A DNA stretch of 64,000 nt, from assembly GCF_040938485.1 (NCBI RefSeq), contig NW_027270978.1:310001-374000 (forward strand). Direction: 5' to 3'. Origin of the DNA: Diadema antillarum. Lineage: Eukaryota. This document shows positions 14,637 through 26,378 of this stretch, piece by piece; within the stretch, counting starts at the first letter, position 1; each line of letters opens with the position of its first letter. The notes beneath the pieces were generated by a model, which saw only the letters and a program-made list of their open reading frames with translations, searched no databases and was not told the DNA's origin. Made by a program: the position numbers and the translations under genes.

Positions 14637-15514
14637 ACACAAACACACAGGCCAAGATGTGAAAAAAAGTGTTCTTTCTATTTTTTTTTTCATTTGAAAC
14701 AATCCTATCCAGAGAAATGTACAAAGAATGTACATGAAGTATGCTGATGTCTTACAAATGAGAGGAATTTTCAACATGACAAGTTAGCCTACAAACAAAA
14801 ATTGCATACTTTGGGTAGTGGATTTATATTTCCACATGGTTCTATCTTTATCTGATGTAGTTATGGCAAATAATGTACACTATTACATGGACTGTACGTG
14901 TGTCTTGCATTTTTTGTGAAAACAAAACTTTTAACGGAAAAGGACTCTCCATTACAACTGTGATAAAGTTATAAAGAAGAAAGATGACCTGTTCTCTTTC
15001 ATATCAATTCCATACTTCTGTTACCCACATACAAGAATAACATTATTCAGTATCCTTCTTCATTCTGCTGGCCAAAGCACTCACTGTCATTGTCCAAAGT
15101 ATGATTTAGTAAAATTAAACACTTTGTTGACTTTAAAGTTTGGCAACATAAATGTTATGTCAAATGTTACAAACTATAATTGTGAATATTTCAATATAAG
15201 ATCATTTATTCCCTTCTGGACTATGTTTGCACTCATCTTGTAGTTTAATTTTTAATTCATTGGATTGTGGAGTGGAGAAGAAATACCAAGGTGCTTCATG
15301 GTTGCTTAATATACCACTTGTTACACTTTGAAGACATGTTGAGGAAGTATAATGTCAATTTTACGACTATAAACAAAGAGAAAGTGGTGACATATTCACA
15401 TTTGTAGTATATTCACATCATAATTTCATGCTGGCCTTAACGACCTGTTATTTCATAGTGCATACCACTAACACCTTGTTAATAATCCAATAGAGACGAT
15501 CAGTGAGAGATACT

Positions 15515-15990
15515 ACTATTATCAGAAATATTGGCGTGTCAAGGTTACTTGATGATGAGTTCGATCACAAAACTCCATTATTGCGTACTCTATTTTGTAT
15601 GAAAGTTGCTAACAACAGAAAATATTTAAGAAATATGGAATATTCTTGATCATAATTCAAAGAATATTCCCTTTTAAATGTAACAAGTGAGGTATCGTTT
15701 GAAAGGTTTTAAATTACTCTGTTGATCGACTAAACTGAAATGCTAAAATGCTAAAATGTACTATCATCAGAAATATTGGCATGTCAAGGTCACTTGATGA
15801 GTTCGATCGCAAAATTCCATTACTGCGTACTCTATTTTGTATGAAAGTTGCTAAACACAGAAAATATTTAAGAAATATGGAATATTCTTGATCATAATTT
15901 AAAGAATATTCCTTTTTAAATGTAACAAGTGAGGAATCATTTGAAAGGTTTTAAATCACTTTATTGATAGACTAAACTAAAATGCTAAAA
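15515..15990. repeat. Local tandem duplication, about 240 bp x2, next to the A exon 1 donor
   Basis: atcagaaatattggc...aaatgctaaaa repeated with few differences. Confidence 0.8.
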
Positions 15991-16085
15991 AATAATGCTT
16001 TACCCACTTTGTGATCAAAATCTTCATTATGGTTCCTAGTATGTTTCCTTTCATGCAAGACGATGAAATTTAAATACAAACTTAC

Positions 16086-18963
16086 CCTGATCCGCATCTG
16101 ATGCAGAGATAGTGGTGATACTGGTGAGTGGAGCTGAGTTTTCTTGGATTTCTGCTTCATACTTCGCTGTGGCAAAGACAGGAGCATTATCATTGATGTC
16201 TTGTATGGTAATTTGCACAAATGCTCTGGACTGCTGGGGGATGTCGCCGTGGTCACTGGCGGTCACATACAGCGTATAATGGGACGTTGCTTCACGGTCT
16301 AGCTCCACTCGGGTGCGTATCTCTCCCGATTCTGCATTGATTTCAAACTCCGGTACATTATCCATGCTGTAGCTTATTTCCGCATTGGATCCCGCATCAT
16401 TGTCGGAGGCCGAGACTTGGACGACGACGTGGCCAATGGAAACCGACTCGCTGACGTACACATTATACGGTGAGTTCTGAAATACAGGAGCATAGTTGTT
16501 GACATCGGTAACATTCACAAGGACTAGACAGGTGCTGTCGTACTGTCCATCAGAAGCGGTGACTGTGAGAGAATAGAAAGATTTGGAATTGTAATTCAGC
16601 TGAGAGGTAACTTGAATAGCTCCCTCGTTGTTTTGGCTCCTGATGCCGAATGGGATGCGTCTGTTGGGGTCCTCTGAATCGGCAATCCTGTACGAAATGG
16701 TGTTCTGCTCATCAGGGTCTGTTGCCACGACAGTTAGGACTTCATAGCCGCTGAACACATCCTCTCTCACTGAACCTGTATATCTCTCCTGCGGAAATGT
16801 GGGAGGGTTATCATTTACATCGGTGACTGTGATCATGACTGAAGCCGTCGCACTCCGTGGAATCTCCCCACCATCAACGGCAAGGACGTTAAATTCCCAC
16901 TGGTGATTCAACTCACGATCAAGGTTGATGACTGTAGTGATGGCGCCTGATGTTGGTCCGATATCGAACGGAAAGTTGTTCGGAGGATTAGGGATTGAGA
17001 ATGTTATCCTAGCATTATCTCCTTCATCATCATCTCTTGCATTGACAGACAGAATCGAGTAGTCCACACCAACATCCTCTCTCACGATTCCCTGGTACAC
17101 ATTCTGGGTGAATTGGGGTCCATTGTCATTAACGTCAATGACAGTCACAGTGACAGTGGTAGTATTCTCCCGCGGTGGATTGCCAGAATCTTGGGCACGT
17201 ATAGTCAGACGGTAGCTTCTAGCAGTTTCAAAGTCGAGCGCATTCTGAAGTGACAGGTATCCGTTGTTGGAGTCAATTCGGAAGCGCCCTTCAAAATTGC
17301 CATACGTCAAGCTGTAGTGGACTTCAGCGTTTGCACCTATATCGGCATCTGTGGCGATGACATGGAGAATCTGACTACCAGGGTCGTGCGGACCAACATC
17401 TTCCCTGACCGACACCTCATATGATGCTTGTGAAAATTGGGGAGAGTTGTCGTTGACATCTAGAACTGTCAGGGACACTTCTGCTGTAGAATTTCTCCTC
17501 ATTGGATTTGTTCCCATATCCTGCGCCATCACAATCAAGTTGTACCGTTCAATGCGCTCTCTGTCAAGCCTTTCTCGTGTTTTGATTTCTCCACTAGAGG
17601 GATTGATTGTGAACACGTTGTTGGGGCTTTGGCTATTCACAATGCTATACCGAATATTTGCATTGTCCCCGATGTCCCCGTCTGAGGCCTGAACTCTGGT
17701 TATCAGTGTTCCCGGATTTTGACTTTCACTGGTGGTAATAACATAGCTGGGCTGCTCAAATATGGGGGTGTGGTCATTGCGATCGTCCACATAAATGGTC
17801 AGGTAGGTAGTGGCAGATTTTGGTGGTGTGCCACCGTCAGTCGCAGTGAGACGAAATGTGTGGGATTCTATCGTTTCTCTGTCAAGAGCCATTGTCGTCA
17901 CTATCAGACCTGTGTCTGGATTGATGTCAAACATGGCTCCACTCCGAGCATCTGACTGAGCTGTCATGCTGTAAGTGAGTTGGCCATTGACACCATCATC
18001 ATTGTCAGTTGCCGTGATCGTTATTACCACATATCCGGGATCCTCATTCTCTGGGACTCTCTGTGTGTACACAGTACTGCTGAATGAAGGGAAGGTGTTT
18101 CGGACCTGCCGTCTAAAACGATTCAAAACGACCTTGCCGTGGCCAGATTTATCTCCACGTGATTGGTCACTTCTTTGATCCTGGTCTGCTGCTTGCAGCT
18201 CAATTGATATTGGAATCACTTCATCTTCCTCATCCCCAGAGCGGTAAAACTGACCCCTCGATAAACACGACTCCGGTATGTGCATCGATCCAAGTACGCT
18301 CTCTGACTGGTGCTGCAAAACACACAAGATATCCTGCTCCATGGTCAGAATGCCGCTTTTGGGGTCAACACCAAGCTGGTTTGTGTTAGTGTCAAGAAGG
18401 TCATACACCACCGGGCATCCTTTTAGAGATGATGGAAGGAAACTTCTCAACTGTAGTAGGATATCTCCAATAAACCAACATGTTCCTTCGGGATACTCAA
18501 CAAGAATTTGCTGAGGCTGAGTTGCTGTTAATGGAGTATGGCCATGTTGAGAATCAAAATCTTTTTTCCTCGCTTTCCTTGGATGGCAGCCATTCCCATG
18601 AACATGAATGGCTATTGGCACCAATGTAGATGATGACAGGCCATTTTTCATTTCTGTTTGATCAGATCTAGTCCTGCTTGTTCGTGCTTGTACATACAAA
18701 GTGAAAGGATTCTCATGGAGTAAGCTACAGTCTAATTCGCCACTGAGCGATACATCCCCAGTGCTGCTGTCAATTTGAACACGTTCCTTCGCATCCTCAC
18801 CTGTCAAAGTTGGATGCAACACGTATGTCCACTCACCGCTTAACGAAATATTAAATATAGAAATGTCAGGTTCGAGAAATGTCGAGACGTGAACGTTAAA
18901 TGCGGCTAAAGCCGAGCTGTGGAAAACAGCCGCCACCCACAAGATGCGGAGAAGGGACGCCAT
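16086..18963 (-). CDS. CELSR: CELSR/Flamingo copy A, large coding exon 1 (signal peptide, prodomain, RFRR furin site, EC1-EC6, start of EC7)
   Basis: 994-aa ORF 16051..19035. Signal-like MASLLRILWVAAVFHSSALA (ATG 18963; another in-frame ATG at 18981), RFRR|QVRN, six DxNDN-type linkers, donor GATCAGG|gtaagt at 16086/16085 (phase 1). A single huge first exon is typical of CELSR genes. Confidence 0.92.
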
Positions 18964-20316
18964 AGCGCCCCGCAACATCATTTCAAATACCGCTCCGCCT
19001 GTCGGTACGTTGCGACGACAAACCGCAGAATTCACTCTGGCTTCTCTGCTCTGGCCACGATTTATGGTATCCGAGTCCCGATATATTCCATGAAACTAAA
19101 TCACATAATGTTTATCCATCCGGAGGCATCACGTAACATACTTCCATGGTGTTTGAAAAGTTTTCCGAGCACTTTATTAACCCTTATGTCCTGTCTTCCG
19201 ACTTCATAAATCCGTTTCCACAGAACACGACGTTCTCACGGGAAGTACCAACGGACGTATTAGCAGAAGAGCAGAGAGAAGCGTTCCTATTGGGAGGGCT
19301 TCGGCGCGGCGGTCGCCAGTAGAAGGGGCTGATGCATGTACCCCAAACGCTGGTGGTGGTAGAGCGCTCCAGTGATGCGGCACCGCAAGGAGATCCGAAA
19401 AACATCACATATCGCACAGTGTACGAAGTGGAGAAACGTATTCACTCTCCGTGTGTTGTCACAAGATGGCAGCATAGTGTATACGATTCGTATGTAATGA
19501 AGAGCGGTATCTAGTAATATGTTCAACTTTCTATTTTACAATGATCTGATCCAGGTATTGTTTGCCAGGAAATGAGAAGATAAATGGCAGACATTAGTTT
19601 TTGTTTGCCGAGAAGATAAACCTATAGCAAATCATCTTCTTTACTGCTATGTCGTGATTTCAGTGTTCACTAACTGTCAGAACTCAAACCCTACAATGTC
19701 AACATAGATAATAAACACAATAGTAGTAGTAGAGGTAGTAGTAGTAGTAGCGGTGCTCATTGCGCTTCAAAGAAGAAGAGGAGGAAATAATACACTAGTA
19801 CATTTTACAAACATGACAGCAGGGAAGGGGAAAAAACAAATACATACTAGTTGAGGAACATAATTTTTTGTTGTGGATTTTACATTATGGATTACAGTTA
19901 TGTAATCCTCAGTGTGACAAGAACAAATTACGTTTGGTTTGACTGTTTCTGTAGATGACAGTTGGTGTACCGGAATGTTATGTTGATTCCACAGTCTTGG
20001 TCCCATAAGGGAGAAAGCACGATCCCAATCCATGTTTTATTTTGGATGTTTGTTCGTAACAGTGCATCGGAAAAAAAAAAGCAGCAGGTATGAATATTTC
20101 AACCGTTAAAGTTTTGTGACATCTTTATTTGGAAGATTACAAAACAGCGAATTCGAAAAATCCAAATGAGAAGATGAAAAGCATGAAAAAACATTTCAGC
20201 TGTAGTTTCAGACAGAAACTTTCTTATAAGATTTAAACTTATTCCTACTGCAACCCTTTTATTCCCGATTGATTCCTTCCTCTTGTCAGAGTCTCTTTCA
20301 TACAGCCCTTTTTCAC

Positions 20317-20351
<35 letters not shown>

Positions 20352-21019
20352 TATTATTTTGTTTTTATATGTGCATATATATAATAATATTGTGTATATA
20401 TAATCATATATATCATGTACTAGTATATATTATATTCTACATTATATATATGCATATGCATGCATATCAACATATGCATACATCTGTCCTTTAGGATTTT
20501 TTGCTTTTCCCCTTTTTTCATATATAACTACTATTATCATAATTATTACTATTATCAATATTATTATCATTATTATTATTTTACATATACTTTGAAATGT
20601 TTGGTAACTTGAATTTGTTGGTTGACTCTCACTTTCATTTTGTTGCCTCTTCTTGGTACACCAGGTTAGGGCTCGCTGCTTGCTCAGCCTCCCCCCCCCC
20701 CCCTTATGCTGTTGCTACATTTCACTCTTTTCCTTTCTTTATCCCTCTGTTGTTCCTTATCTTGTTTGACTTTGCCTCCCTATTCATCCTTATATCCTTC
20801 TCATGGTCCTCTGGATCATCACTGACCCTCCTCTGCTTTTGTCTGTCCCCCCTCCTGCTTTAATTACCCTCCCTTCATGCCCTTTACCTGTTGGGCTCCT
20901 TGCCCAAGACCTCCAACCCGTCCCTTTTGTTATCTATGTACTGTGTCCCTAGCCCTCCCTGACTGTTCTTGTTGTGTGTAGTCCTTATGTGATTGCTTGC
21001 CCTGTCTGTTTGTCATTTT

Positions 21020-21058
21020 GCCTCTGACGAAGATTCTGCTAGGATTGAAAGCTCAGGC
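21020..21058 (+). ncRNA. Minimal type I hammerhead ribozyme motif (Penelope-like element type)
   Basis: GCCU-CUGACGA-A-GAUUCU/gcu/AGGAUU-GAAA-GC-UC-AGGC: core boxes, helix I, helix II and a palindromic AGCU in place of helix III. Confidence 0.6.
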
Positions 21059-21388
21059 CCCTTTTGACTCCATTTTTACTCCATGGCTCACTACTATTGG
21101 ATAAGTAGTTTTCAGCAGCTTTTTTTTTTATCCGCAAAACTTTAATCACGCAACTGATATCTAATATTCCTGATTTTTTTTTCACCTATGACTTCACAAC
21201 TGGTACCGTCAGTAAACCTTTCAAAATAATGAAATAGTAAAGACCGGAAAGAAAACAGTAAATTATCATTCGTGCAGAGGGGAGAAGATGGGCTGAAACC
21301 GAACAAAGCTATATACTGCAACTTTGGCTGAAGCCTAACAGATTTTAACAAAATATCACCCTCTAAAGTTTAAGATCGCAACTCCTGG

Positions 21389-21855
21389 TTTTACAATAAT
21401 CATTATCAACAAACATGTCGGAAAAACAATAGCAGTGAGATTTGAATCAGTCATCTACTGCTTTCTGGGCAGCGACACCACCATCGGGCTATCACTTGTT
21501 GCTGGCAGTGACTCGATAAACTTGGAATAGATACCCAAGATCTGACTTTATTACGTTGAAATTCTTATTCAATTAAAACTGGTCTAAGGCGTATATATAG
21601 GACGACATTCTTTTTTACAATTTAATTACAATTTTACAATAATCATTATCAACAAACATGTCGGAAAAACAATAGCAGTGAGATTTGAATCAGTCATCTA
21701 CTGCTTTCTGGGCAGCGACACCACCATCGGGCTATCACTTGTTGCTGGCAGTGACTCGATAAACTTGGAATAGATACCCAGGATCTGACTTTATTACGTT
21801 GAAATTCTTATTCAATTAAAACTGGTCTAAGGCGTATATATAGGACGACATTCTC
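21389..21855. repeat. Near-perfect tandem duplication, about 240 bp x2, containing a degenerate tRNA-like A/B-box segment on the - strand
   Basis: ttttacaataatcattatcaacaaacatgtcgg...taggacgacattc occurs twice; the reverse complement contains TAGCCCGATGG and GATTCAAATC. Confidence 0.8.
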
Positions 21856-22301
21856 TTTTTTTGGGGGGGGGGGGATAAATTCCATTACACCACATCTTCT
21901 CTCCTCTGCGTGAATAAGTTCGTTTAATAACTACAGGAGCCAATAAATCAAATCAAATTATGCTAGAAAATTAAAATATGTGGAATTATCACTTCATTTC
22001 CTTTATGTTGTTCAACAACTGACATCTCAAACTGTTGTAGTATACTCTAATCCAGCTATGGATTAAACTAAAGCTTTAAGAATTCATTATTTTTTTTATT
22101 AGTTACGGACTACATAATGTATCTTTGTTCCTAAAACTTCAATGTCTTCTCCTACGATATATTTGAAATCACTGCATCGGCATACATATACGAGGGTAAA
22201 TTCCCATTTTGATAGAAAGGGCACTTGGTAAGCTTTCTTGAATTATCAGAGATAATGGAACAGAAAATCATCAGAATCTTTATCTTCGAGATGGCTGTAT
22301 A

Positions 22302-22454
22302 CAGGGGTAGATCCAGGAATTCCGTAAAGGGGGTGGGGGCGCTTTTACAAAATTAAAGGGGCACGCCCCCTTTTTTTCTTTTTATTTCTTTTGTTAAAAA
22401 AATGATAATAATAAGGGGGGCACTCCCGGTGTGCTCCCCCTGGATCCGCCACTG
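22302..22454. mobile_element. Short MITE (CAGGGG..GATCCAG ends)
   Basis: caggggtagatccagg ... cctggatccgccactg inverted termini. Confidence 0.65.
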
Positions 22455-24756
22455 GTATAGCAACTTGTCTGCAACCAATTAAGGTTTTGATTTGTTGATA
22501 GTTTTTTTTTTCGTCTGTATCACATTTAATTCGATGTATAATTATCGTAAGGTGCTACAATCATCAGTGTACATTCTTTTATCCTACATACTTTTACACA
22601 CCTTATTTTCTATTATTAAAAAAGTGATGTTTGTATATTCTTGTCGAAAAATGAAATAAAAATAGAAAATTGAATTGAAATTTACTGTGCTCTATATGGC
22701 AGACGTCAAGCTGAACTCAGTCAAGCGAATTTCTCATCCACCTGAATACGATGTTAAAGTTGAAGTTGTGCTCTCATTGCTTTTTTCTTTGATGAACTTC
22801 CCAAAGAAGATGTTCCCCACATTAAGTTTATAAGGATTACTGTTGACAATAATCGCTTGGAAATTCCAAGTCGGTAATATGTGCATATAGACCCCACAGT
22901 TATACCTCTAAACACTGGTGTTGTAAAACACAGATAGTTTCACCGCCAATTACTCCGCTACCCTGATTTCACTCTATTTACTTTATGGCTTGTTGACTTG
23001 GGGTAACATTCGTCATTTTTTCCAATGCTGCGATGCTTAGTAATAGACAGATTACGCCTCTTACAAAAACAACAGCAAACAAACAAACAGAGCAAAACAA
23101 AAACACACTCCGCATTATGTTTATCTCTTTCAGACGATCTCACACAGACTCACTTTTTTTTTCTTATTGAAAAAAAAATGAATGTTAAAAATGAAAGATT
23201 TATATTATTTCGACAAGGACCGTTTATGTTTATATCGGAGACAGCACTTCACCTGCCTTACTTACTACGTTTCATACAAATCTGTCAATTCATAAACATC
23301 CTACTAGGCGACTTGGAGAATAAAATTTACCTTTGTTACTGGTCACTGTTAGCGTAAAACACGTTCATTATACATGATTGGCCAAGATTTCGTAAAGCAC
23401 TGAGTGATGATATTAAAACTTGCTGTAAAAGCAAACTGAAGTGAATATTTTCGCAATCTTATGAATAAGTAATAATTTCGTGGATATATTAGTACGACAA
23501 AGATATTCGTATTTTGTGATCTGTGCATTTGACTCACTGTACCATCGTTGACCATCTGTCTTTCCTCTCTTCTTATTTTTCCTTCCTTCTCTCTTTTCTC
23601 AACTCGCCGTTTTCTTTGTATCTTATTCGTACTTACAGGTGCATGTGTCTTTGCTCATGTATCTGTTTTGTTATATCCTGTTAGTAAGTCTCGTCTCTGC
23701 CGGATTTATACACTTTATTTAGTTTAATCGCCCCCCTAAACAATATGGCATATTTTTGAATACATGATTAATTAGCTCAATGATTCTGTTTCAGTTTCAG
23801 TAAGTTTTATTTCTCCACTTGTATAAAAAATAGGTATGACAATATCAAACATATTATTCACAAGTCATGAAAATATAAACAAGAGTTCACATCACAAATA
23901 TACAATCATGTAAAATAATACATATATTTCACAGCAAATCTAAATCTTTAAATATAGGTGGAGGAGACCGTTATCAATAAGCGAATCGCTTGACTTGGAC
24001 AACGGCCTAAAAAATAATTAAGTAACGTACAGAATTTGGTGACCACGCAACTTTGTTTTGTTGGGGTTGTTTTTAATGTATGTATATTGACTGGAGGAAC
24101 TCACAATCTTCAAGCTTCATTTTTTAGTGGGTCCCAATCTCACTCCAAAACTTATAGTTATCAATCACTGAAATAATGTCTCACTTCTTAATTCTCATCA
24201 AATGTATGATATACCCTGCTATCCTATCATACTCATTTTTTATTTTTTTCCCTTTTTATTAACATTGTACGTTTGTGCTATTTATTATGTTGCAGATGGA
24301 GAAAAATAAATCTGAACTTGAACTTTAATTGCTGCTCATCGTGCACCTTCGGTTGATTTTGAGTTCCTCTCTATAACATTATCTGAATTCACTTACGCGT
24401 TGTGTAAGAAAATTACTATCAAACATACTCTGCTTTTTTTCACATCTCTTGTCTGTTCCGGAAATTTCGTATACCATCACTCTTCTACCACGCAACACAT
24501 ACTGCACTTGTTTGGTCGCTTCCCTGTTAATGGGAATGTATTGTTTTTAAACACATGCACGTTCTTCGTGGACCTGTATCATTTGTATTTTTGTTTGCCA
24601 AGGTGAAGTAAAACAAGGAATAGTTCGAATGTTCTCAATGACTTTTGACGAGTTTTATAGGAATTAGATATCACACACTGTTATGGTCTTGTTACTACGT
24701 AAACCTTGATGGACCGCTTGAATGAATTTAAATGCAGACAAACAACACAAACTTAC

Positions 24757-25738
24757 CCGCATCAACATCCAAAGCAGTTATTGTCATGAAACTGGAGGAA
24801 ATAAGGCTGTTTTCTTCAATTTCTCCTTCATAATGTGATGAAGCAAAAACAGGCGGGTTATCGTTTATGTCTTGAATGAAAATTTGAATGATTGCCCTGG
24901 ACTGCTGGGGGATATCTCCATGGTCACTGGCAGTCACAGTTAATGTATAGTGGGACACTGTTTCACGGTCTAGCTGCAAGCGGGTGTGTACCTCTCCTGA
25001 ATTTTCATTGATTTCAAACTCAGGTACATCATCCATGCTGTAGCTTATTTCAGCGTTGGAACCCGCATCACCATCGGAGGCCGAAACTTGAACAACAACA
25101 TTGCCAATGGGAACAGATTCACTAACGAACGCACTGTAAGTCGAGTTTTGGAAAATAGGTGCGTCATTCCTTGTATCTGTAATCTGACTCGTTATATTTA
25201 CAGGGATGGGCTGCTCAAATATGGGGGTGTGGTCATTGCGATCGTCAACATAAACGGTCAGGTGGGTGGTGGTAGCTTTTGGTGGTGTGCCGTGGTCAGT
25301 CGCAGTGAGACGAAATGTGTGGGATTCTATCGTTTCTCTGTCGAGAGCCATTGTCGTCATTATCAGACCTGTGTCTGGATTGATGTCAAACATGGCTCCA
25401 CTCCGAGCATCCGATTGAGCCGTCATGCTGTAGGTGAGTCGGCCGTTGTCACCATCATCATTGTCGGTTGCCGTGATCGTTGTCACGATATATCCAGGAT
25501 CCTCATTTTCAGGAACTCTCCGTACATACAACATGCTGTCAAACGAGGGGTTGGTATTTTGGACCTGTCGTCTGTATCGGTCCGAAACAAGTTTACTATG
25601 ACCAGACATCTCCCAAAGTGGCCTCACTCTTGTTTGACTTGTACTTTGTCTAAAATGTCCCACATGGACATTGAAGGTGGCAAAACTTTCGCCGTGTAGA
25701 ATGGTAGCAACTACCACCAAACCGAACAGGAACAACAT
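24757..25738 (-). CDS. CELSR copy B: orphan miniaturised exon 1 (signal peptide, short prodomain, RYRR, EC1, EC6, start of EC7); candidate alternative first exon of copy A
   Basis: Open frame of 327 codons + 1 nt, homologous to A exon 1 with two in-frame deletions. Canonical donor GATGCGG|gtaagt at the same position and phase as A. No exon-2 homolog between 19000 and 24750. Confidence 0.75.
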
Positions 25739-26378
25739 CACGACCCCTGTTGGAATCTCCCAAACACTAAAAATCAGTTTGTGTAATAAACACAGTATTA
25801 GTTGCCTGCAACAAATGTCGCACAATTAGAATGATTGAAACAATTATGATGGTACCTTGTTTTCATACTAAACATGCACACACTAGATAAAATCAGAAAG
25901 AGATTGTGGAGAGAGCGATTGGTTATTTTCTGCGAGGAGAGGTAATCTGAGAGGTAGGCTCCGCCCACAAAGTTCTTCCAAACTCGCCCATTGGCTCAAA
26001 TCAAGCCTGAAGTTTGTAAGAGACGGTTGTACGCTCCCCGGTGATTTGTCAGTGTCACGTTCTCTTGGTGCGCCCCCATGGAGTCGTACGCAGAGCAGAC
26101 CGGCGGAGGAAAGAGACTTTCTCCTACCAGATACAGCTTGCACTTGCATCACCTGTGACGAGTTTTAAAGCGGAATTTCGTGATAGCAGGCTGCTCAAAA
26201 GCCTTGGAAGACGAAACGCATTGCTTTCAATTCCAGTTTGAAGAACTGACTTACTTTGTCGGAACATTTCGATCAGCGAGATGACCAAATCATAATATTA
26301 TGTGACGCTTGCTGGAGGCCACGGATGCTGCCGAACATCAACTAAAGTCAAGTGGAAGAAAATTTATCGGGAGCCGTG
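25739..26378. promoter_or_regulatory. Putative bidirectional promoter between head-to-head mini exons B and C
   Basis: 640 nt between divergent ATGs; non-repetitive; GC box ctccgccc near 25960. Confidence 0.45.

Noticed and set aside
17447-18514. Several plus-strand ORFs over CELSR A exon 1
   Set aside because: Antisense shadows with no independent protein features.
26065-26090. CTCF-like word (GCGCCCCCATGG) in the B/C spacer, attractive for a protocadherin-style promoter-choice model
   Set aside because: Poor match to the 5' half of the consensus; not supportable by eye.
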